From Mobula hypostoma (lineage: Eukaryota): a stretch of DNA of 64,000 nucleotides. Location: contig NC_086097.1 of the NCBI RefSeq assembly GCF_963921235.1, forward strand, positions 86,120,001-86,184,000, written 5' to 3'. The position numbers were made by a program, and so were the translations under genes. Shown piece after piece: positions 36,110 through 49,149 of this stretch. The notes below the pieces were generated by a model. The model made no database searches. It was not told where the DNA came from and worked only from the letters and a program-made list of their open reading frames with translations. Numbering within the stretch: position 1 is the first letter of the stretch; each line of letters begins with the position of its first letter.

Positions 36110-36792
36110 GGATGCAATGTAGAAACAGGTAGATAGGGATGTAAAGAAAGCTTTAGGCACACTGGCCTTCGTAAATCAAAGTACTGAGTGCAGGAGGTGG
36201 GATGTTATGTTGAAGTGTACAAGACATTGGTGAGGGCTAACTTGGAGTATTCTGTGCAGTTTTGGTCACCTGCCTACAAGAAAGATGTAAATAAGGTTGA
36301 AAGAGTACAGAGAAAATTTACAAGGATGTTACTGGGACTGGAAAACCTGAGTTATAAAGAAAAATTTAAAAGGTTATAACTTTACTCCTTCGAAGGTAGA
36401 AGATTGAGGGGAGATTTGATAGAGGTATATGAAATTATCTCTATCTACCCTATAGATGGGGTAAATGCAAGCAGGCTTTTTCTCGATTGGGTGGGACTTC
36501 AACCAGCGGTCATAGTTGAGGGTGAAAGGTGAAAAGTTTAATGGGAACATGAGGGGGAAACTTCTTCACTCAGAGGGTTGTGAGAGTGTGGAACGAGCTG
36601 CCAGCACAAGTGGTGCGGGTGTGAGCTCAGTTTCAAAGTTTAAGTGAAATTTGGATAGGTACGTGGATGGTAGGGGTGTGGAGGGCTATGGTCCCAGTGC
36701 AGGTCGGTGGGAATAGGCAGTTTGAATTGTTTCGGTGTGGACTAGATGGGCTGAAGAGTGTGTTTCTGTGCTGTACTTCTCCATGACTCTAA
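36110..36792 (+). mobile_element. CR1 LINE 3' fragment
   Basis: YKTLVRANLEYSVQFWSPAYKKDVNKVERVQRKFTRM; CR1-type 3' UTR ending tgtttctgtgctgtacttctccatgactct. Confidence 0.88.
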
Positions 36793-37499
36793 ATAAGTTC
36801 AATGGCCTCATGCCTATTGTCGAGCTAAGTGATGCCATCCCCGCAGTGCTCTGTAATACAGTAGAGGTACTGTCCACATTGTGGATTCCAGCATCTATGC
36901 ACAGCATGATGAATTTGGTTACAGCTGGAAGTCGAAGACAAGCCTAACTTTCTCTCAGCCTGATTCTCCCTGTTGAGTCCAGAAATAAGATGCAGAACGT
37001 GTGTGGGGGGAGGGGGTAGGAGTGGAAGGCAAATACATCACAACTAACCCTTCAGTTTCGGCAGATACATCCAGCATGGCCCCGTTCATTACTTACGAGC
37101 CTTTATCAGGAAGATGGATATTTTGTTCACATTTCTTTATATCATTGTCAAGCTGTGTTTTTACTAAAAACTAATTAATTAGTTCAATGTGTTTTCAAAT
37201 AAATGTCACTGTTCTTTAGAAACACTTGAAAACATTGAAAAGGTCTTTGACAGTATGAACAATCAGAAGGCTGACTGGAACCTCATTAACGTTTGCAGGC
37301 CGCTTCACCTGAAGGCTTCAAAGTCAGTATGGTGTACATGGCCACAAAAGGTAATCTGGTCTTTGGTCTAGTGGTGGTGTGGGGGTGACTGTGATGCCTG
37401 CTGATTCCTACTAATATATTCGTACACTGCCCAATTCCATGATGGAAGTGAGCCTTAAATGGTGAATCAGAAATTGGACATCACTGAAATTTGTAGTGA

Positions 37500-39280
37500 C
37501 TTTTTAACAATCACTCGATTCTGGAATGGTTCTGGAGGATTTGAAACTTGCAAATATCATTCCACTCTTTAAGAATGGAGGGAAGCAGAAGAAAGGAAAT
37601 TATAGGTCAGTTAGTCTGATTTCAGTGGTTAGAAAGATGTCGGAGTCCATTGTTAAGGATGTGGTTTCTGGATACTTGGAGTCACATGATAAAATTGGCC
37701 AAAGCCAACGTGGTTTCATTAAGGGGAAATCTTGCCTGATAAATCTGTTAGAAATGTTTAAGGGTATAACAGGTAGGATAGACAAAAGAGGGTCAATGGA
37801 TGTTGTTTACTTGGATTTTCAGGAGTTCTTTGGCAAGGTGCCGCACATGAGGCTGCTAAACAAGATAAGAGCCCATGGTATGACTAGCATGGATAGAAGA
37901 TTGGTTGACTGGCAAAGGCACAGAGTGGAAATAAAGGGCTCCTTTTCTCATTGGCTGCTGGTGACTAGAAGTGTTCTGTGGGGTTGTTGTTGGGACTGCT
38001 TCTTCTCATGTTGTACTGTACGTCAATGACTTGGATGATGGAATTGATGACTTTGTGGCCACATTTGAGGAAAATACAAGGACAGGTGGAGGTGCAGGTA
38101 GTGTTGCAGATGCAGGGAGTCTGCAGAAGGACTGACAGATTAGGAGAATGGACGAAGGAGTAGCAGATAGAATACAGTATGGGAAGTGTAGGGTCATACA
38201 TTTTGTTAGAAGGAATAATAGTGTAGACTATTTTATAATCGCGGAGCAATATCAGAATCAGAATCAGAGTCAGATTTAATATCACCGACATATGTCTTGA
38301 AATTTGCCTTTGCAGCAGAAGTATGTTACAATGCATAATAATAGAAAAATGTGTATTACAGTAAGTATATTATATATATAAAATAGTTCAATTAAGAAAG
38401 TAGTGCAAAAATAAAAATAAAAATGTAGTGAGGAAGTGTTCATGATTTCATTATCCATTCAGAAATTGGATGGCAGAGAGGCAGAAACCATCCCTATGTC
38501 ATTGAGTGTATGTCTTCAGGTTTCTGTACATCTTTCCTGATGGTATCAATGAGAACAAAGCATGATCTGAGTGATTGGTGGGGGGGGGGGGAGGTCATTA
38601 ATGATGGATGCCACTTTTTTGAGGCATTGCTCCTTGAAGAAGTCCTGGACACCATAGAGGCTCGTGCTTGTGATGGAGCTGACTATGTTTATAACTCTCT
38701 GCTGTTTGTTTCGATGCTGTCAAATAGCACCCTCCCCACCCCATATCAGGTGGTGATACATCCAGTTACAATGCTCTCCATGGGACATCTGTAGAAATTT
38801 GCGAGTGTCTTTGGTAACATATCAAATCTCCTCAAACTCCTATTGAAATATAGCCACTGTCATGTCTTCTTTGTAGCTGCATCGACATGTTGGGGCCAGG
38901 ATAGATCAGTGGTGCAAACGGTCTTGGGAGTCCTCGTACAGGATTCCCCAAAGGTTAACTTACAGGTTGAGTCAGTGGTAAGGAAGGCAAATACAATGTT
39001 AGTATTTATTTCGACTGGACTAAAATATAAAAGCAAGAATGTGATGTTGAAGTTTTATGAGGCTTTGGTCAGACTGCACTTTGGAGTATTGTGAGGAGTT
39101 TTGGGCCCCTTATCTATTAATGTATGTGCTGGTGTTGGAAAGGGTCCAGAGGAGGTTCACAAGATAGATGCTGGGAATGAAAGGGTTAATCTGTGAGGAG
39201 TGTTTGATAGCTCTGGGCCTGTACTCATTATAGTTTAGAAGAATGAGGGGTGATCTCATTGAAACCTATGGAATATCGAT
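37500..39280 (+). mobile_element. CR1 RT fragment interrupted by a minus-strand Rex/Babar 3' end (about 38250-38908)
   Basis: ANIIPLFKNG..GNYRSVSLISVV..GKSCLINL..DVVYLDF; resumes at QTVLGVLVQDSPKVNLQVESVVRKAN. The insert starts with a (TCAGAA)n tail. Confidence 0.85.
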
Positions 39281-39289
39281 AGGTTAAAA

Positions 39290-39897
39290 TGGTTGTTGTG
39301 ATGCATCTAGTGTGGGAGTGCAGTGGGTAGTGCTTGTCGCTCTCACTTTCAGCTTCCACCACTAGCCAACAGTCTTGCGAAAAGGAGAGGTGAATGTGTA
39401 AGTCTCTTCCAGCCAGTACACAGCCTCTCCAGCAGCAAGCCTCATGTAGCGCCTCCTCACTGCTGACACATGGAAACTGAACTCCTACCGGACTCGGGCT
39501 GAACTATGGAGGATGGATAGGAGGTCTGGTCTCGGCACACATAGCATGCAGGGCCACCAGTGTGTGGACAGGCCCTGGTGCTCATGAACCAGATCCCCAG
39601 CTGTGGGTAAGTAGCCCCTCTGCCTTGTGGGCAGCCTTGGGAAAGATGGAGGCTATAGGAGTGAACCTATAAAGCAGCTAGATGATATTAAACATCCTTC
39701 CGGCAGCTCCTGCAGCCAAGCTGGTGCCAAATGTATAGCTTCATAAGCTTTCCTTTGGACTACAATGGTGAGGCTAAGAGGGGGATCTTGGTGACTGGGC
39801 ATCTCAGGATTTCCATACCCTCCGGGCAGGCTTGTGATGATGATCATCATCACACAATGTCCTTGGAGGCAGACGGATGTCAGCCACCAACCACACA
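39290..39897 (+). mobile_element. Probable non-autonomous RTE-derived element (UTR-like body plus RTE-like tail)
   Basis: GC-richer non-coding block between two CR1s ending atgtccttggaggcagacggatgtcagccaccaaccac, resembling RTE 3' termini. No coding motif found. Confidence 0.4.
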
Positions 39898-39943
39898 GAG
39901 TGGACATGGAGAGTGCGGGAGTCCAGGACCAAGGACAGAGAAG

Positions 39944-42900
39944 CTCGATGACTTTCGTCTGGTCAGGGAAAGTGAGGAGGTGATAGAGAGGAGCTATAGG
40001 CAGGTAGTCACACTGGGGCCTGGGGAGACCGGTAAGTGGGTAACAGTCAGGAGTCAGAGGCTAGAGAGCACCCTTGTGGCTGTACCCTTTGACAATAAGT
40101 ACTCCTGTTTGAGTACTGTTGGGGGGTACGGCTTACCTGGGGGAAGCAACAGTGGCCACATTCTGGCGCAGAATCTGGCCCTGTGGCTCAGAAGGATAGG
40201 GAAAGGAAGCGGATGGCAGCAGTGATAGGGGACTCTATAGTTAAGGGGTCAGACAGGTGATTCTGTGGATGCAGGAAAGAAGCACGGATGGTAGTTTGCC
40301 TCCCAGCTGCCAGGGTCCGGGATGTATCTGATTGCATCCACGATATCCTGAAGTGGGAAGGAAAACAGACAGAGGCCGTGGTACATCTTGTTACCAATGA
40401 CATGAGCAGGAAAAGGGAGGAGGTCCTGAAAGCAGACTACAGGGAGTTAGGAAGGAAGTTGAGAAGCAGGACCTCAAAGGTAATAATCTCAGGATTACTG
40501 CCTGTGCCACGCAACAGTGAGTATAGAAATAGAATGAGGTGGAGGATAAATGCACAGCTGAGGGATTGGAGCAAGGGGCAGGGATTCAGATTTCTGGATC
40601 ATTGGCACCTCTTTTGGGCCAGCTGTGACCTGTACCAAAAGGATGGGTTGCACCTGAATCCCAAGGGAACCAATATCCTGGCGGGGAGGTTTGTGAAGGC
40701 TACTGGGGAGAGCTTAAACTAGGATTGCTGGGGGGCGGGAACCAAACAAAAGAGACGGAAGAAGAGACGGCTGGCTCGCAAATAGAGAAAGTTCGGAGAC
40801 AGTGTGAGAGGGAGGATAGGGAAGCAGATGATAGAGAAGGGACGCGCTGAGACTGATGGTTTGAAATATGTCTATTTTAATGCAAAGGAGTATGATGAAC
40901 AAAGAGGATGAGCTTAGAGCGTGGATCAGTACTTGGAGCTATGATGTTGTGGTCATTACAGAGACTTGGATGGCTCAGGTACAGGAATGGTTACTCAGAG
41001 TGCCAGGCTTTATATGTTTCAGAAAGGACAGGGAAGGAGGCAAAAGAGGTGGGGCATGGCACTGTTGATCAGAGATAGTGTCACGGCTGCAGAAAAGGTA
41101 GACATCATGGAGGGATTGTCTACGGAGTTTCTGTGGGTGGAAGTTAGGAACAGGAAGGGGTCAATAACTCTACTGAGTGTTTTTTATAGACCACCGAATA
41201 GTAACAGGGACATCGAGGAGCAGATAGGGAGACAGATTCTGGAAAGCTGTAATAATAACAGGGTTGTCGTGGTGGAAGATTTTAATTTCCCAATTATTGA
41301 TTGGCTTGTCCCTAGAGTGAGGGGTTTAGATGGGATGGAGTTTCTTAATTGTGTTCAGGAAGGTTTCTTGACACAATATGTAGATAAGCCTACAAGAGGA
41401 GAGACTGTACTTGCTCTGGTATTGGGAAATGAACCTAGTCAATTGTCAGATCTCTCAGTGGGAGAGCATTGGAGATAGTGATCACAATTCTATCTCCTTT
41501 ACCATAGCATTGTAAAGGGATAGGAATAGACAATTTAAGAAAGTGTTTCATTGGAGTTAGGTGAATCTATGGAATTTGTTGCCACGGTCGGCAGTGGAGG
41601 CCATGTCATTGTGTGTAGTTAAGACAGAGATTGTTAGGTATCTGAGTAGCCAGGGCATCAAAGGTTATGGTGAGAAGGCGGGGGAGTGAGACTAAATGGG
41701 AGAATGGATCAGCTCATGATAAAATGGCGGAGCAGACTCGATGGGCCGAATAGCCGACTTCTGCTCCTTTGTCTTATGGTCTTATGGTCTTAATATGAGA
41801 CTATCAGGCAGGAACTTGGAAGCATAAACTGGGAACAGATATTCTCAGGGAAATGTACGGAAGGAATGTGGCAAATGTTCAGGGGATATTTTCGTGGTGT
41901 TCCGCATAGGTAGGTTCCAATGAGACAAGGAAAATATGGTAGGGTACAGGAACTGTGGTGTGCAAAGGCTGTTGTAAACATAGTCAAGAAGAAATGAAGA
42001 GCTTATGAAAAGTTCAAAAAACAAGGTAATGATAGAGATCTGGAAGATTATAAGACTAGCAGGAAGGAGCTTAAGAAAGAAATTAGGAGAGCTAGAAGGG
42101 GCCAGGTGAAGGCCTTGGTGGACAGGATTAATGAAAGCCCCAAGGCATTCTACAAATATGTGAAGAGCAAGAGGATAAGATGTGAGAGAATAGGACCAAT
42201 CAAGTGTGACAGTGGAAAAGTGTGTATGAAACCTGAGGAGACAGCAGAGGTAATTAATGAGTACTTTGCTTTAGTATTCACTACAAAAAAGGATCTTGGC
42301 GATTGTAGGGATGACTTGCAGTGGACTGAAAAGCTTGAGCATGTAGATATTAAGAAAAAGGATGTGCTGGATCTTTTGAAAAGCATTAAGTTAGATAAGT
42401 CACCAGGACTGGATGAGACCTACCCCAGTCTATTGTGGGAGGCAAAGGTGGAGATTGTTAAGCCTCTGGCGATGATCTTTGTATCATCAATGGGGACAGG
42501 AGAGGTTCCAGAGGATTGGAGTGTAGTGGATGTTGTTCCACTATTCATGAAAGGGAGTAGAGATAACCCAGGAAATTATTGACCAGTGAGTCTTACTTCA
42601 GTGGTAAGTTGATGGAGAAGATCCTGAGAGGCAGGAGTTATGAACATTTGGAGAGGCATAATAAGATTAGGAATAGTCAGCATAGCTTTGTGAAAGGAAG
42701 GTCCTGCCTTATGAGTCTGATTGAATTTTTTTGAGGATGTGACTAAAAACATTGATGAAGGTAGAGCAGTAGATGTAGTGTATATGGATTTCAGCAAGGC
42801 ATTTGACAAGGTACCCCATGCAAGACTTATTGAGAAAGTAGGTAGGCATGGGATCCAAGGGGACATTGCTTTGTGGATCCAGAACTGCCTTGCCCACAGA

Positions 42901-43940
42901 AGGCAAAGAGTGGTTGTAGATGGGTCATTTTCTGCATGGAGTTTTGTGACCAGTGGTCTGCCCCAGGGATCTGTTCTGGGACCCCTACTCTTCGTGATTT
43001 TTATAAATGACCTGGATGAGGGAGTGGAGGGATGGATTAGTAACTTTGCTGATGACAACATCAGGGTGTTGTGGATAGTGTGGAGGGCTATCAGAGGTTA
43101 TAGAGGGACATTGATAGAATATAAAACTGGGCTGAGAAGTGGCAGATGGAGATGGAGTAAGGTGGTTCATTTTGGTAGGTCAAATATGATGGCAGAATAT
43201 AGTATTAATGGTAAGACTCTTGGCAGTGTGGAGGATCAGGGGGATCTTGGGGTCTGAGTCCATAGGACACTCAAAGCTACTGTGTAGGTTGACTCCGTGT
43301 CTAAGAAAGTATACGGTGCATTGAGCTTCATCAATCATGGGATTGAGTTTAGGAGCCAAGAAGTAATGTTGCAGCTACATAGGAACCTGGTCAGAGTCCA
43401 CTTGGAGTACTGTGCTCAGTTCTGGTCGCCTCACTATAGGAAGGATGTGGAAACATAGAAAGGGTGCAGAGGAGATTTACAAGGATGCTTCCTGGATTGG
43501 GGAGCATGCCTTATGAGAATAGGCTGAGTGAACTCAGCCTTTTTTCCTTGGAGTAACGGAGGATGAGAGGTGACCTGATAGAGGTGTATAAGATGATTAG
43601 AGGCATTGATCGTGTGGATAGTCAGAGGCTTTTTCCCAGGACTGAAATGGCTAGCACGAGAGAGCACAGTTTTAAGGTGCTTGGAAGTAGGAACAGAGGA
43701 GATATCGTAGGTATGTTTTTTACGCAGAGAGTGGTGAGTGCGTGGAATAGGCTGCCGGCGATGGTAGTGGAGGCAGATACAATAGGATCTTCTAAGAGAC
43801 TCCTGGACAGGTACATAGAACTTAGAAAGACATTGGGCTATGGGTAACCCTAGGTAATTTCTAAGATAAGGACATGTTTGGCCAGCTTTGTGGGCTGAAT
43901 GGCCTGTATTGTGCTTTAGGTTTTCTATCTATGATCTATG
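39944..43940 (+). mobile_element. Near full-length CR1 LINE (ORF1 SGNH esterase, APE endonuclease, RT), decayed
   Basis: IGDSIV, VCLPAARV, DGLHLNPKGT (esterase); ITETW, FYRPPNS, EDFNFP (APE); DFSKAFDKVPH, PQGSVLGPLLF, FADD (RT); tail ttttctatctatg. Confidence 0.93.
41557..41792 (+). mobile_element. Short 3' end of a second CR1 family inserted in the first
   Basis: Nearly identical to 46339-46573, including the tail cttatggtcttatggtctt. Confidence 0.88.
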
Positions 43941-44055
43941 ACACAGCCTTAGAATATAAGGACATCCCTTTAGAATAGAGATAAGGAGGAATTTCAGCGG
44001 GTGGTGAATCTGAATTTCATTGCTCCAGGTGGCTATGGAGGCCAAGTCATTGATT

Positions 44056-46574
44056 ACAACAGGAAATAGAAAAGGCTTGTCAGAAGGGCAGTGTTATGAT
44101 AATTGTGGGAGATTTTAACATGCGAGTAGATTGGGAAAATCAGGTCGGCACTGGATCTCAAGAGAGAGAATTCGTAGAATGTCTGCGAGGTGGCTTTTTA
44201 AAACAGCTTGTTGTTTTGCCCTCTAGGGGATCGGCTGTACTGGATTGGGTATTGTGTAATGAACCAGAGGTGATTAGAGAGATTGAGGTGAAGGAACCCT
44301 TAGGAGACAGTGATCATAACATGATTGAGTTCACTGTGAGATTTGAAAAAGAGAAGCCGAAATCCAATGTGTCGGTATTTCAGTGGAGTAAAGGAAATTA
44401 CAGTGGCATGAGAGAGGAACTGGCCAAAGTTGACTGGAAAGGGACACTGGCGGGAAGGACGGCAGAGCAGCAGTGGCTGGAGTTTATGCGAGAAATAAGG
44501 AATGTGCAAGACAGGTATATTCCAAAAAAGAAGAAATTTTCCAATAGAAAAAGGATGCAACTGTGGCTGACAAGATGAGTCAAAGCCAAAGTTAAAGCAA
44601 AGGAGAGGGCATACAAGGAAGAAAAAATTAGTGGGAAGACAGAGGACTGGGAAATTTTTAAAAGCTTACAAAAAGAAACTAAGAAGGTCATTAAGAGAGA
44701 AAAGATTAAGTATGAAAGGAAGCTAGCAAATAATATCAAAGAGGATACTAAAAGCTTTTTCAATTACATAAAGAGTAAAAGACAGGTGAGAGTAGATATA
44801 GGACCGATAGAAAATGATGCTGGAGAAATTGTAATGGGAGATAAGGAGATGGTGGAGGAACTGAACAAGTATTTTGCATCAGTCTTCACTGAGGAAGACA
44901 TCAGCAGTATACCGACACTCAAGGGTGGCAGGGAAGAGAAGTATGCGCAGTCACAATTACGACAGAGAAAGTACGCAGGAAGCTGAATAGTCTAAAGGTA
45001 GAGAAATCTCCCGGACCAGATGGAATGCACCCGCGTGTTCTGAAGGAAGTAGCTGTGGAGATTGCGGAGGCATTAGCGATGATCTTTCAAAAGTTGATAG
45101 ATTCTAGCATGGTTCCGGAGGACTGGAAGATTGCAAATGTCATTCCGCTATTTAAGAAGGGGGCAAGGAAGCAAAAAGGAAATTATAGACCTGTTAGCTT
45201 GACATCGGTGGTTGGGAAGTTGTTGGAGTCAATTGTCAAGGATGAGGTTACGGAGTACCTGGAGGCATATGACAAGATAGGCAGAACTCATCATGGTTCC
45301 CTTAAAGGAAGATCCTGCCTGACAAACCTACCACAATTTTTTGAGAAAATTGCAAGTAGGCTAGACAAGAGAGATGTAGTGAATGTTGTATATTTGGATT
45401 TTTGGAAGGCCTTTGACAAGGTGCCACACATGAGGCTGCTTAACAAGATAAGAGCCCATGGAACTATGGGAAAGTTACATACGTGGATAGGGTGTTGGCT
45501 GATTGGCAGGAAGCAGAGAGTGGGAATAAAGGGATCCTATTCTGGTTGGCTGCCGGTTAGCAGTAGTGTTCCACAGGGGTCCGTGTTGGGGCCACTTCTT
45601 TTTACGTTGTACATTAACGATTTGGATTATGGAATAGATGGTTTTGTGGCTAAGTTTGCTGATGATACGAAGATAGGTGGAGGGACCAGTAGTGCTGAGG
45701 AAACAGAGAGTTTGTAGAGAGATTTGGACAGATTGGAAGAATGGGCAAAGAAGTGGCAAACGAAATACAATGTTGGAAAGTGTATGGTTATGCACTTTGG
45801 CAGAAGAAATAAACGGGCAAACTATTATTTAAGTGGGGAGAGAATTCAAAGTTCTGAGGTGCAACGGGACTAGGGAGTCCTTGTGCAGGATACCCTAAGG
45901 TTAACCTCCAGGTTGAGTCGGTGGTGAAGAAGGCGAGTGCAATGTTGGCATTCATTTCTAGAGGAATAGATGTTGAGGCTCTATAACGCACTGGTAAGAC
46001 CTCACTTGGAGTACTGTGGGCAGTTTTGGTCTCCTTATTTCAGAAAGGATGTGCTGACGTTGGAGAGGGTGCAGAGAAGATTCACTAGAATGATTCCAGG
46101 AATGAGAGGGTTAACATATGAGGAACGTTTGTCTGCTCTTGGACTGTATTCCTTGGAGTTTAGAAGAATGACGGGGGACCTCATAGAAACATTTCGAATG
46201 TTGAAAGGCATGGATAGAGTGGATGTGGCAAAGTTGTTTCCCATGATGGGGGAGTCTAGTACGAGAGGGCATGACTTAAGGATTGAAGGGCGCCCATTTC
46301 GGAACAGAGATGCGAAGAAATTTTTTTAGCCAGAGTGTGGTGAATCTATGGAATTTGTTGCCACGGGCAGCAGTGGAGGCCAAGTCATTGGGTGTATTTA
46401 AGGCAGAGATTGATAGGTATCTGAGTAGCCAGGGCATCAAAGGTTATGGTGAGAAGGCGGGAGAGTGGGACTAAATGAAAGAATGGATCAGCTCATGATA
46501 AAGTGGCGGAGACAACCCGATGGGCCGAATGGCCGACTTCTGCTCCTTTGTCTTATGGTCTTATGGTCTTATGG
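44056..46574 (+). mobile_element. 5'-truncated CR1 (APE C-part + RT) inserted in an older CR1 3' end
   Basis: IIVGDFN, LGDSDHN, GNYRPVSLTSVVGK, PQGSVLGPLLF, KFADDTK; (CTTATGGT)3 tail. Older CR1 tail pieces lie at 43941-44055 and 46575-46750. Confidence 0.92.
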
Positions 46575-49149
46575 TATATTTAAAGCAGAAGTTGATGGGT
46601 TCTTTAGTAAGGGCATAATAACTTATGGATGAAGACAGGAGAACATAGTTGAGAGCTATGTTAAATCAGCCAGGTCTGAATGGTGGAGCTGATTCGATGG
46701 GGCAAATGGTCTAAATCTGTCCAATGCCTCATGGTCTGATGATCTTATGACAATAGAAGACAGATGCCATCTGTAGTTATGGACATCTCAATGAGAATCC
46801 TTCTCACTCTATTCCTCTTCCTCTGATTTCCAGCAGATCATTCACTCTGAGTAGCCTCCTATTATTCTCCTAATGTTGCACACTTTGGAGTAAAGTTTAT
46901 CGGGCCAAGCTGACTAGTTGCGACATATTATAACAGAGGCTTTTAAATCCACAGCAGAGTATTTCAGTACAAGGCAGATCATTCCCGGAGATGAGTGAAA
47001 GTTAATGGCACCATTGGAATGGTCCAAAAAGTGTTGAATCATGCATTTACCAGGAGTGTTCCTGGGAATGGTGGAATGGATAGCAGATCCATTCCATTAA
47101 TATCATGGGCCCCTCCATTAATAATTACGCTTGTTGACACAACCTTATAATGTGCCTTGTGGATGTATAGTACAGCTTCTTTGCTTAAAATGCTCTTCTA
47201 AAAGTTAAGTTTAAATTCCTCTGTACAACCCTCAGCTGCATCATGTTAAAACAGAGCTTAGGCTGGAACATGACATTTGAAGTGGAACCAAATCAATGTT
47301 CCACAATGATTGAAGTCTTTTCCATATGGTACAGAAGGGCATTGTGCGCACTCCTACCACCTGTTATAGTTCAACAGAGGAAGCGTGTGGATGTCTTTAC
47401 TGTCATTTTTGAACTATGCAAATATACACAGGAACTACATAACATCAAAGTCTTTCAAAGTCAATGTCGAGTTTTATTGTTAAACGCACAAATACCTGTT
47501 GGCATAGGTGCAATGAATAACTTGCCGCATCACAGGCACTTAGCATCATATAAGCAGCATACACAAGAAAAACATAAATTAAATATTAATTATACCAAAT
47601 TTTTACAAGAAAGCACAATTAGACAGAAAAAAAATATTTATTTTAATGCAACATGCTCAAGGAGGACATAGTTTTGTTAAAAAGTAAAGATTAGGTGTCT
47701 CCCTGTTAGTTCAGGAACCAAATAGTTGAAGGGAACCGAAGCAGTTGTTCTTGAACTTGGCGGTGTGAGAATCCCACTCAGATTTAGCTTGGATTTTCCT
47801 CTTAAGTCATTCCTAGTGTTACACTTTTGGCTGAAGGGCAGCAACATAGTGGTGGGTTGGAGTCACATGCAGTCTAGGTTGTATGACAGGTCTCAATCTG
47901 TGCAGGGCATCCGTAAGCCAGCTGTGTTTGCTTTCACATGCAGAAAGACATTGCAGTCAGGAATAATAAATGTTCATAGCTTTGCCCACTGATCTCAGCA
48001 CATTAGGTGGATGATAACATTACCAGCTCCAGAACCTGCAAATATCATGGATGAGCTGATTATGCAGCTCATGATAGATGGGAATTTCCACAAAAAGGTT
48101 CACCAAAAGAACATAGTGACACTTCTGTACATAAACTAGGCAATAGAAAATCAGTCTGTCAGATACTTCGTATAATACACTTCTTTATCTGTTGGGGACG
48201 AGTATTTGATTTGCTTGTTTCATAGCCCATTCAAACAAGAGTGTACTAACTTTAGATACATATGTACATCACCCAGTACACCTGTTTGATCTGTATTTAA
48301 AATATGAATGGAATTAATTTCACTTTAACACGCAAGATATTTACAGTGATCGATGAGTCACACATACACACCACAGAGTAACATAATTAATTCAGTGGCA
48401 ATCACTTGAAAGTACTAATCTAGTATTTTCTCTGTTCTGTACTGTTTTTAATGGTATTTTGTTTGTTGTAAATAGTGATTTATGACATGACTTATTTACA
48501 AGACTCTTAAGTCCTTAACTGCCCTTGCTTTATTGACTGAAAAAGTCAGTGGAATGAAATTAGAAGTTAATTATACCTTGAGAACATACACACAGAAACT
48601 GGATTTCACCCTCTTTTGGTGTGCTAGACACAATATTGAGAAAAATGCATTAAATGCAGTTCTATGGCATTCTGGATATTGAATTCTGTGAGTTTGCTGT
48701 CAGCAGCTATAAATGGGGCTTGCAACTGCTGTCATTGCCATGATGATCATTCAAATGTCAGGAAGTCCCTAAAGAGGCTCTTGCCATGGGAGCTGTACAA
48801 GAAGCTGTCCACAGGTGAAGAAATATTTCTATAAGGTAGGAATCAGCAATTTTCAGTGAATGGAGCCATCTCCAACATAATCCTGATTGGGCCTTATGCC
48901 ACCAGAGGCCGTACACCACCGCTGACATGAGCTAATCCTTTTGCCCATCCAAACCAATCGTACATTAAATAGACATCCAGGTGGGGGGAGAAGAAGCAAA
49001 ATTAGAATCTTGTACTTGTATGATGAAGGAATGGTTTTTCTCCAAGTTGAATGAACAGCTGAACTGCAGTCCTGTCATTACAGAGAGATAGTTCTCCTCT
49101 ACTTGTTTTCTTACTGTTATGAAGACCCACTGGAACTTGCCTATCATAA

